A stretch of DNA of 64,000 bases from Cenococcum geophilum (taxonomy: Eukaryota), in assembly GCA_050273025.1 (NCBI GenBank), contig CP158636.1, forward strand, positions 10,354,001 to 10,418,000, written 5' to 3'. Both the position numbers and the translations under genes were made by a program. The notes beneath the pieces are model-generated. The model searched no databases. It saw only the letters and a program-made list of their open reading frames with translations, and was not told where the DNA came from. Below are positions 13,046 to 24,210 of the stretch, piece by piece; the first letter of the stretch is position 1, and every line of letters starts with the position of its first letter.

Positions 13046-16000
13046 GAGAACCATTGCTATATTATATTAAATTATCTAAAATAATATTTATTTTGCTAGC
13101 CTTATAAATAGCCTTAAAGTAGCTTTTATTTATTTAAAATATGCTATTAGTATAAAAGAGGTAAATATAATTGTGGTTGCCAAATACGCAGATTGCTGGC
13201 AGGTTTCGCGTAGGTTGCGCGCAGGCTGCGTGTCAAAAAAACACGATATAGGCTAGTCGGTCGAGTTGCCAAATGCCCTTAACTGCGCGCCAATTGCGTC
13301 AACCACTAACCATTGAGGCCATTAGTAGGGTACCATATTTTGCCGATGCAGTTAGATAAAGATTATAAATTAGTACCTAGACTAGAGGCTTAGGCCCTTT
13401 ATTAACTATTTTTAAAACAACTAGTCTAAACTACTACTCTTAATAGACTACGCCCAAGCAACCCTACCCTATAACTTTATAGGGTTTGCCCTAATTTAGC
13501 TAAAAATAGGATACTTACCCCGTATAAGCTTTAACTAAAAAAGGCTAAAAGAACCCTAAACTATATAAGAGAAGCTATCCTATATTAAGGCCTAATAGTA
13601 TACTAAACACTTAGAGGAAGCCTAGATAGTAGCCTATAAGAACCTAAAAAAAAGCTTAAAGGTTAATAAAATAGTAGGTAAATAAACACCATTAAGAGCC
13701 TAACTTTACCCCTAGTAATATAGTCTAGGTTATAATAAGGAATTAGAAAACCAAACGACCTAGCCGTAAGCTAGACTACTAGATAGTAGGACTATATAAG
13801 GTTCTTAAAAAGATAGGCAACTTATATAAGGTAAAGCTCCCAGATTTAATTAGGGTTTACCCTATTTTCTTATTAGATAAGTTATGGAAAGCTATAAACA
13901 ACCTATTGCCTAGATAAAAGAATAAGCCTCTTTTACTAGTTTAAGTAAACGGTACCAATAAATAGGAAGTTAACGAAATACTAGCCTATAAGATAGTATA
14001 GGGAACGCTAAAATACCGTATTTAATAGAAGGGCTATAATCTAGACCTAACCTAGTACCCTATATAAAACTTTATAGGCTGCCCCTAGAAGCTTAAAGAG
14101 TTTTATAACTAATACCCTAATATACCTAAACCCCTAAAGTACCTAGATAAATAGATAGAATATTAATATAATAAAGATAATAAGTTACCGGAGAAATACA
14201 GGGATAAAAACGCCCTAAAGCCCTAATATAGCTATCTACTAAATTCTGCCATATTCTGCTAAATTCTACTAGTACTATAAAATTTTAAATATCTAGAAAC
14301 TTTAACCGCCGGTTAAAGTTATCTAATTGGTTAGATCCGTGCTAAGACTTTTTAGCAGCTACTATTTTTAGCCTAGTGCTTCTACTTAGCCCATAATTGC
14401 CTTTTATACTTAGTCTAGGCGCACTTATATCCCCTTTATCTCCTTATCTTATATTTTATAATCCTATATTTATAAGCCTAGTACTACCCTATTTCTAACT
14501 AAGCCTAAGGGCAGGCTTTCTTTTAAAGAGGGAGGTAATATAACAGCGCTATCGCACGTTACCTGCCAAATTCTGCTATATTCTGCCGATTTATAATTAG
14601 CTCGCCTAGAGCTAGCGCCTTAGCGGCTTACCCTATATATTTATTTACATCGGTCCTAGCAACCCCTTTTTCCCTTCTTCTTAGCTTAGTATCTTCGTAA
14701 TATAGCATTCTACAAGCTTTGGTTTAGAGGCATTTATATAAGCTGTAACATTTAAGATACTATAAAAACCAATAAGGTATAGGAGTATATTAACCTATCT
14801 AAGAAGAAAGACAAGCTTTTAAAGCTAAAACTACTAAATTAGCCTATACTAGCGGACGTACTTCCTAATGCTATATCAATAGCTTAGCTAGACTAAATTA
14901 AGCTTACAGCCTATAATTAGCTCTACGCCGAATATAAAGACAACTTACGCGTATATTAAAAGCGAGAGTAGGCTATAAGCGATATTAGCAACTACATTAT
15001 TCGCTTAATATCGGTAGCCTACCTTCCCCTTATTAACGGCCTTAATACGATACATAAGCGGCTATAGGCACTAAAGACTGCACTTGCCTCTACTACCTTA
15101 GGTTAAAAGCATAACGTCCTTAATTAATACACGGCTCTAAAAGCCTATAATAAAAAGCAGAGTATTAACAAATAGCTAAATAACTAGCGAAACGTCTATA
15201 AGCTTATAGAATAATTAGAGCTATTAGATATATAGGGATTTAGGCCATACTACGATTTTATTTAAGCTATTAAGCCTATCTCTTCTAGCTTCGCAGAAGC
15301 CCTAGAAGTAAATCTTATTTATAAAGAATAGAAGGACAAAGAAGCCCTATCTATTATTAATCTAATTAAGGAATTTAAGGAGCACTACTATATATAGTAA
15401 GTATCCTCTACCTCTACTACTAATAACTCTACCTTTATAACCCTTTAAAATAACTTAAATTCTAATTCTAATTTAGATTCTAATGGTAATCCTAATTCTA
15501 ATAGCAATTTAAATTTAAATTTAAAATAGAATAAGGAATATATATATATAGCTTTAAACATTAATTTAATAGCTGCTACTTATTATGGGACACCCCCGTA
15601 ATACCTTACACATATCCACCTATTTCTACCAACTTAGCAATTAGAGACCAACTACAAAATAGCAATCTAACGGCAATCTACGGCATTCTACTATATTCTG
15701 CTAAGTTCTGCCAGGACTATAACCTAAACCCTATTCTGCCCTATGTACGTATTAACTAAGCAACTAAGTTAACAATATATACCCTTTCTTCCCGTTTTCC
15801 TACCTTCTTTCCTTATATAACGTCTTAATCTTATTACACAGTTTATGTATATAGCTTAATAATATCTACTTTGCTATATATTATCGTCGCTTATGCTTAC
15901 TCCGTGATACTACGTTGCGTTAAACCTATTCCCTATACCGTCCCAATCAGCATAAATAACCTAAAAGCCCCTATATCTATAAAAGACCTATACGCTATAT

Positions 16001-17048
16001 TTACTAAACAAATAGAGACTCTGTAATAGGCTTTTACGGACACCCTTGCTTATTAAGAAGCCCGATATTATAAGTCAATTAAATCTCTAAAAAAAGAAAT
16101 TAAAGAAATCCGCCGAAACCCACCGCCTGCCCCACCATCATCCCTACTCGCCGCTACCGGTATTAACCTATAAACACTAGGTAGAGAGAACGTGTTTAGA
16201 ACTAGCTCCTTAACCCTAAATTCGCCGACCAGTGCCCCTAGAAAGAAGTTAACTAAACGTCTCCCTAATCCTCCCGCCTATTTAGGTAAAAGGAGTAAAC
16301 TACGCTCCTTCCTTAACTAACTTAAGAGTAAGCTAAACAGTAATATTAATTGTTACCTAACTCCTAATAGCTAGTTGCGTTACGCTATAAGCCGCCTAAC
16401 AGGAGACGCCGCAGAAACTATATACCCGTTTTAGCCAAGCACTATAAAAGAACTAGTTACTATACTAGAAGCATTTTATAGCAACCCTAACCAAATTTCT
16501 ATAGTATAAAGAAAACTAAATAAGATAATATAAGGCTCTAAGAGCTTTCCATTATACTTTACCAAATTCCACCGCTATGTAAAGAGACTAGATAGAATAA
16601 ACCTGCCTTAATTAATTGCCTAGTGGAGTCCCTAAACTCTAAACTAAAGGCTTCCCTTATAGGAGTTAAGCTGCTAAATACCCTTACTGCCTATATTAAT
16701 GTTATTAATGGCTTATATAACGATATACTACGCCTTACCCTAAAATATATACCCTAATATACTGCCCCTTAGCTACCTAAGACCCGTAAGGACCTAGATA
16801 CCATAAACATTAACACTAGGACCCTCTTCTACGCCCTAAAAGGATCTGCCAAATGAGAATAATATATTAAGCTTAGCCTTTGCTTTAAATATAGAAGTAA
16901 CGCTTATATCTTAAGTTACTACTCTATCCTAATGCCTAAGATATATATATAAATAACTGGTATAGATAACCGATCGCCTTAATCTAGCTCCAGTTACTAA
17001 CCCCAATCTTTACTAGGTCTTAGCCCCGTATTTAGTAAGCACTACTTA

Positions 17049-19932
17049 TTGACCCGAGGTACGAGTGGTCTATATTTTCGGGTCCTGGAATTCAAACCCC
17101 GCCAAGCTAGCCTCTGATTGGTTGGAAAGTAGACTTTTAATTGGTTAGAAAAAAAGCGCGCGCGGTAAGTTGTGGCAGAATCCACGTGACGAACTTCAAA
17201 ACCAAAAGCTCTGCACGAAGTATCTATACGAAGCTCTACCAAAGCTGTACCAAAAGCTCTACTAAATGCTTTGTAAAACTTCTACCTACCTATTATACTG
17301 GCCACGCAGTGAAATAGAGCACGCAGTGCGTAGGGGGTCCAAGGGGGTCTCCCCCTCGAAGCTCTGCTCGAAGCTCTGCTCGAAGCTCTGCTCGAAGCCT
17401 ATATGGAGCTCCAAAGCTCTACTAACACGCAGCACTAATATACTAGGAAGTCTTACAATCGTCTCTACGAACGTCTCCATAAACACCTCTACAACGGCTC
17501 TATAATTGCCTGTATAATCGTCCGTACAAACGGCTCTATAAACGACTCTACAAACGGCTCTACAAACGGCTCTACAAACGGCTCTACAAACGTCTACACG
17601 ATCGCCCGTACGAACACCCATACGATCGATTAATTAAACGTCTATACGATTTATCGATTAGACGCCTATATAATTAATCAGACGCCCGTATAAACGTCTC
17701 TACGAGCGTCTATAAACGTCTCTACGAACGTCATAATCGCCTATACAATCGTCCGTACGAACATCTGTGCGAACGCCTACACGAACGTCTACACGGACGT
17801 CTACACGAACGTCTACACGAACGTCTACACGAACGTCTACACGAACGTCTACACGAACGTCTACACGAACGCCTGCACGAACGCCTGCACGAACGCCTGC
17901 ACGAACGCCTCCACGAACGCCTGTACGAACGCCTATACAAAGCTGCTTAAAGCTCTATATAAAGTCGTTAATAAGGCCTTTAAAAACAAGCCTAAATATA
18001 AGCTCTATCAAAGCTCTACTTAGGGCTCTATTAAAGCTCTATATGGAGCTCTACTAAAGCCTACAAAAGCTCTGCATAAACCTCCGTACGAAGCTCTGCA
18101 AAAGCTCTACTAAAAGCTCTACTAGAGCCTCTACTAAAGCCTCTGCAAGAGCTCTGCCCACGCAGTAAATAGAGCACGTAGTGCGCAGGGGGGTCTAAGG
18201 GGGTCTCCCCCTTAAGCTTAATGTTCTACTTGGAGCTCTACTTAAAGCTTAATATAAGGCTCTAAAGCTCTACTAATACATAGTATTAATATACTAGGAA
18301 CATTCTATAATTGGCTGTATAAACGCCTATACGATCGACTAATTAAACGTCCATATAATTAACCAATTAAACGTCTATACGATTGCCTATACGATTGTCT
18401 CTATAAACGTCTCTACGATTAACCGCCCGTACGAACGTCTGCACGCCTATATGTGGCTCTACACGAAGCTCTACACGAAGCTCTACACGAAGCTCTACAC
18501 GAAGCTCTACATAAAGCTCTACACGAAGCTCTACACGAAGCTCTACCAAAAGCTCTACCAAAACGCTCTACTAAAGCCTCTGCAAGAGCTCTACCTATGC
18601 AGTAAATGGAGCACGTAGTGCGTAGGGGGGGTCCAAGGGGGTCTCCCCCTTGAGCTTAAAGCTCTACTTAAAGCTTAATATGGAGCTCTAAAGCTCTACT
18701 AATATGCAGCACTAATATACTAGGAAGGCTCTATAACCGTCTATATAAACGGCTCTATAAACGGCTCTATAAACGTCTATATAATCGCCTAAATAAACGC
18801 CCATTTAATTAATTAATTAAATACTTATACAATCGATTAATTGAACGCCCGTATAAACGGTCAGTTAAATGTCTATATAATTGCCTATATAATCGTCTCT
18901 ATAAATATCTGCAATTAATCGCCGGAATTGTCTATACGTCTGCACGTCTATACGCCTGCACGCTTTATATAAGGCTCTATACGTAGCTCTATATAAAACT
19001 CTATACGTAGCTCTACTAAAGCTCTATATAAGGCTCTACTAAAGCTCTATATAAGCCTCTGCCTAAAGCTTACCCCCTACTATAAAGCAGCCCCTATAGC
19101 GTAGCACAATGGAGGTATATATATATTACTTCTAAATTAAACAAAAGCTCTATATAGGGGGGGGGTCTAGGGGGTCTCCCCCTGGAAAACCTCTTATCTA
19201 TATATATTAATTAATCTCTATATAATAAAGCTTTAAATTAAAGCTTTAGATTAACTAATTGGCTTATCCCTTTGTATAGTAAAACGGACTTTTTATATTA
19301 GGCGCTTTAGGCGCTCCTACCTAGGTTAGCATACTATAGGCATACTAGCTAATATAATTTTATTAGTAAGCCTTACTAAAACGGGTTAATATTATAATGC
19401 TGATAAAATGCTATAGAAGGCTACTACTAAAAACACCTATATATATATATTTTAAGAAAGTTAGGTAAAAAGCCGTAATATATAATGTTATAACTATAGG
19501 TTTCTACCCTTTCTCTATTAATTAGCTACTAATTATATAAGAAAATCTCCATTAGAGCCCTCTCTTAAATTACTACTACTTATCCGCTTATATATGTTCT
19601 TAATAATAATAATAATAAGCTAGTAAAGGACTAGCTTAAGGTTATAAATAAGGACGTGCTATATACGTTAAATAAGGTATATTAAGTGTAATAAGTAGTT
19701 AAATAGTTTAACTAGCGGTTATTTAATATCTAAGCGTTAATAAGGCGCTAGCGCCCTTACTACTAAGCAACCGCACTGACTAGAGGCTTTAATACCAAGC
19801 TCTATACGGTATAGAGCCTCTAGATTGGCTTATAAGGCGTGCATATACGAAAAGTCTATGAAAAACTTGCTATATAAAGGGATTATAAACTCGGGTCAAA
19901 ATTTTCATTAGGGGGCTAACGATCCGCATGTT
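17049..19932 (+). mobile_element. Non-autonomous Helitron2/Helentron-like element (~2.9 kb) inserted at TT in Gypsy family B gag
   Basis: Asymmetric inverted repeats TTGACCCGAG (17049-17058) and CTCGGGTCAA (19890-19899, ~30 bp from the end). The 5' copy also pairs with TCGGGTC (17078-17084). 3' hairpin CATTAG-GGGG-CTAACG (19906-19921). TT on both flanks. Exact ends are inferred. Confidence 0.65.
17200..19190 (+). repeat. Higher-order repeat: three units starting ~17302, ~18158 and ~18595 (plus a partial ~19150), each with a G-tract motif and 12-bp arrays
   Basis: CACGCAGT..AGCACGYAGTGCGYAGGGGGTCYAAGGGGGTCTCCCCC repeated; arrays ACACGAACGTCT (~17780-17870), ACACGAAGCTCT (~18460-18545), GCTCGAAGCTCT (~17357-17397). 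Confidence 0.9.
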
Positions 19933-22136
19933 AAGGATAAAGCTACAACCAATATACTATAAGAACTCCACCCTAATTACCTGTAAAAGGAAGGTTTTAG
20001 AGCTAAGTCGCTCTCCGGGATAACTCTATCTTAGGATCTCGTTAAATACTTTAGATGTTACGAACTCTGACTTTTAGGATTATAGCATAACCGTTAACTG
20101 CCGCCTTTAGCAGAATAGTTAATAGGCTAATGCCTAAGTCCTAATTAATACAAGAGCTAGTAGCATAGGATTTATTAACAAGATCTTTATATAAGATAAT
20201 GGTTTTACCCTAACCCCCCTTAACTGGCATATTAACGTATTTGGATTTAATAATAAACGCATAGTCTTAGGCTGAATTACCCACGTAGTATACCTAAGAC
20301 TCTAATACCTAAACCATGAAGAACTAATTAGGCTTTTTATTACCACTCTAGGTTACTTAGTAATTCTTAGATAACCCTAAATAAAGCTATATAAGGTAAC
20401 TATTAATTAGGATAACCTTAAGCTTTTATTTACTGCCCCGCGTTATAAGTAAGAATACTCTATAATATACCGCTCTAACCCTAAACTAAAATCTAGGAAA
20501 TCCACTAAGATTTATTAGCCTAAGATTCCCACTAATATTTACTCTACGCCTAAGGAATCCACCAGATTCCACTAGCATAGGAATTTTACCAAATTCTACC
20601 GATATAAGAATTCCACTAACATCCACTAAGGACCCGAAAATTCCACTAAATTCTATAAGTTATTACTAAGTATTATACCGCCCTAGACTAAGTAGAAGCT
20701 TAAGCTTAGTATATAAAACTACTAGAAGAACTAGTATCCTATAATAAAAAGAATACTTAAAGAACCTAAACCTAAATCTAATACTAACTTTGCACCTAAT
20801 ACTAAACCTAAAGCCGAATAAGAATCTATATAAGAAATTACGGATAACCTAAGTAAGCTTAATACCCTAGATATCCGTATAATTAGAGCTACCCCGCTAG
20901 CGTAACTTGCTAAGAAACCCGAACATATAATCTTCGCTATTATAATAGCCAACATTAAAAAGGCCTTGGCACTAAAGAAGTACACTAACCCTACTATAAA
21001 GGTACTAGTAGAGTATTATTACCGCCTAGATGTATTCTTATAGAAGGAAGCTAATAAGCTACCGGAATACCAACTATATAACTATAAAATTATACTTAAA
21101 GAAGGAAAGCAGCCTAGATTTAGACCTCTATATAGGATGTCCTAAAATAAACTCTAAGTGCTATAAAAGTATTTAGACGAGAACCTAAGTAAAGGATTTA
21201 TTAGAGCAAGCTTATCGCCTATAAACGTACTAGTAATCTTCGTTAAGAAACCCAGCGGCGGTTTATACTTCTATATAGACTACTAAGCTCTTAATACTGC
21301 TACTATTAAGAACTAATATCTGATTCCGTTAATATAAGAGATACTAAACCGACTAAGTAAGGCTCGCTACTATATAAAGCTGGATATTATCTCTATATTT
21401 AACCGCCTCTGTATTATAAAAGGAGATAAATAGCTTACTATATTTCGTACCCGGTATAGATTATTTAAATACTTAGTAATACCCTTCGGCCTCGCAAACG
21501 CTCTAAGCTTGTTTTAATATTACGTAAATAATACCCTACGTCCCTACCTAGACATTTTCTATACTACTTATATCGACAATATCCTAATATACAGTAATAA
21601 CCTAACCGAATATTAGAAACACGTTAATTTTATTTTATAAGCCCTGCACGGAGCTAGTCTATAATTAGATATAGATAAATACAAGTTTTATAAATTGGAA
21701 GTCCTATACCTTAGACTCCTTATTTCTATAAACGGTATATAAATAGACCTAAAGAAGGTTAAAGTAATTGTAAACTAGCAAGAACCTAAGAACGTTAAGG
21801 ACGTAAGAGCCTTTATAGGATTTGCCAACTTTTACTAACGGTTTATTAATAACTTTTCCGCCCTAGTTTTACCCCTTATAGCTCTAACCCAAAAGGATAA
21901 AGCCTTTATCTTTAACAAGGAATATAAGAAGGCCTTCGCTTATCTAAAGGTTATATTTACTACTACGCCTATACTCTAACACTTTAACCTAAACCGAATA
22001 AGTGTTATAGAAGCTAATTTATCCGACTACGTCACTAGAGGCATTCTGTCTCAATATAACGAGGATAGAGTATTGCACCCTATAGCATACTTCTTAAAAT
22101 AACTAAGCCTAGCTAAATATAACTATAAGATCTACG

Positions 22137-24210
22137 TATAAGGGTTATTTTGGCCCTTACTCGGCTGCATCGCCTAGGGGCTCTTAGGGGTCGCCAAGGC
22201 TAGCCTTCGGCTAGCCCTTGGCACCTCCTTATAAGCTCCTTGGGCTTGCAGCCCTTCCCTCCTCATCGGTTCGTCTCTGTACTCAGGCTATTGCCTACCC
22301 TCATTACTATATCGTCCTCTTCCATCGACTCCCTATGTGACTCATGCTCGGCTTGCCTGCTCCCTACCGTACACCCTGGCAATACTGCCTTACATTCGAA
22401 CCAATCCTACACCCTCGCGGGTGGTAGCCTGCAGCAAGCCGAGGGCTGCGCCCTTGAGCAAAATTACGATCCTCCATTTTTACCTAGGACAATCGCGTTT
22501 ACTGCGACACAGCAGGTACACCAGCAGACGCCTGGAGATCGCATCCGCATAACGGTGTTGGAATACGGATCAGGTCCTCTACCTACCTAGGACGATCGCG
22601 TATGCTGCAGAGCAGCTACACCAGCAGACGCTGGCAGATCGCATCCGCTTACGGTAGTAGATACGGATTAGGAGACAAGGGAGACGGTAGCTACCTGGCC
22701 AAGGGTCAGGGGCTATCCGGATCGTACGCGATCATCTCTCAACGCGATTGGTATACGCATACAATCGACGGTGCAGCGGTGCAGCTCTGCCCCGACGGCT
22801 ACCCTGGAGGCTATCCAATTGCTATTTAATGGCTATCCGAAGAACTGGCGGCTAGTTTTCAAAGCTACAGCTACTACCCTCTCTTCCAGATTAAATGCAA
22901 TTAAGGGCTACTGCCTAATCAGCCAAAGGGCTGCCGAGACTAAACCGTAGGCGGTTGTCTCTTATTAAGCTACGGCTTACCTCAAGAGCTTCGGCTTAGA
23001 GATCCTATGTGATCTCGCAAGCTACTGCTTGCTTTAAGAGCTACGGCTTAAAGATCGTACGCGATCATCTTTCTGCAAGGCTTTGGTCGCTCTAAGAGCT
23101 CCAGCTTGCATCAAGAGCTACAGCTTGCCTAAGAGAATGGCGGCGGCTTAAAGATCCTACGTGATCGACCCGGAGACTCTCCGGTTATCAGCCAAGGGGC
23201 TGCCGAGACTTAACCGTACGGTTGTCTCTTCCTAAGCTACGGCTTAGGCTTGCCGATACAACTCCGTAATAACAGTGTAATTTAGAAGGAAGGAAATACG
23301 CGTATGGCTATTTGGCCATTACTTCCTTATAAAAACTAATTATGCGGCCGAAGGAAGGCAATTAAGACGTCAAAGATGTATAAAAGAGCTATAGCTTGCC
23401 TAAGAGAATGGCAGCAGCTTAAAGATCCTACTTGATTATCTGTAAAGCTTTAGTTGCTCTAAGAGCTCCAGCTTACTTTAAAAGCTCATAAGACCCTATT
23501 GCGGTTAAATACCGATATCTCTCCGAACCCCTTCCGGGACAAGCCCTTTATAATCTCCTGCTATTGCAAGGTAATAGAGGGGGCTAACCGCAAGAAGGGG
23601 GGGGAATGTAAGGGATATTCTTGCGATTAAGCCGGCTCTAAGTAGAGACTATCTGGCTGTTAGCCATAGAGCTGTTGAGACTTAATTGCAGGCGATTGTC
23701 TCCAAGACTAATCGTATATGATTAAGTCTTACCCTACTAGTAGATGCTCTTTTCCTACCTAAAATAGGCCCTTTTTCCCACTGGGTTTTGGCTATAGGTT
23801 AAGGTTTTTATTAAGGCTGCTTGGCTAGTCCTTTTCCCCTATTTCTTTATTCCCCTGTATAAGCAAGGCTTCTGCACTGCTTACCTTTCTATATATAGAA
23901 TTAATCTATTGGGATACGGGCTGGGGGCCAGCCCTAACTAAGGGGGGAGCAATATAAGGGTTATTTTGGCCCTTACTTGGCTGTATCGCCTAGGGGCTCT
24001 TAGGGGTCGCTAAGGCTAGCCTTCGGCTAGCCCTTAGCACCTCCTTATAAGCTCCTCAGGCTTGTAGCCCTTCCCTCCTTATTGGTTCGTCTCTATACTC
24101 AGGCTATTACCTACCCTTATTACTATATCGTCCTCTTCTATCGACTCCCTATGTAACTTATGCTCGGCTTACCTACTCCTTACCGTATACCCTAGCAATA
24201 CTGCCTTACA
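22137..24210 (+). mobile_element. Non-autonomous LTR element (TRIM-like, 2074 bp) inserted in the RNase H of Gypsy family B
   Basis: 258-bp LTRs 22137-22394 and 23953-24210; TSD CTACG (22132-22136, 24211-24215); PPT AAGGGGGGAG before the 3' LTR; non-coding interior with internal repeats. Confidence 0.93.

Larger units (their letters stand above)
10869..13348. mobile_element. Non-autonomous TIR element (2480 bp) filled with four minisatellites; 2-bp TSD
   Basis: 14-bp TIRs CATCGGGAAAATAT / ATATTTTGCCGATG (1 mismatch); CA duplicated at 10867-10868 and 13349-13350 relative to the empty site in Gypsy copy 1 (~3361-3375); no transposase. Confidence 0.88.
6079..14750 (+). mobile_element. Ty3/Gypsy chromovirus copy 2 (family A), full length, RIP-inactivated
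   Basis: 212-bp LTRs at 6079-6290 and 14539-14750; TSD TTTAA (6074-6078, 14751-14755); gag with CCHC knuckle (~7560-7610); pol colinear with 1-4554; interrupted at 10869-13348. Confidence 0.97.

Noticed and set aside
17266..18561. Short repetitive ORFs
   Set aside because: Derived from 12-bp arrays in the Helitron2-like element.
22395..23952. Possible 5S rRNA (Cassandra-like) or hammerhead ribozyme (retrozyme-like) cargo in the TRIM
   Set aside because: No 5S-like sequence or CTGANGA...GAAA core recognised by eye; an Infernal/Rfam scan would be needed to exclude it fully.
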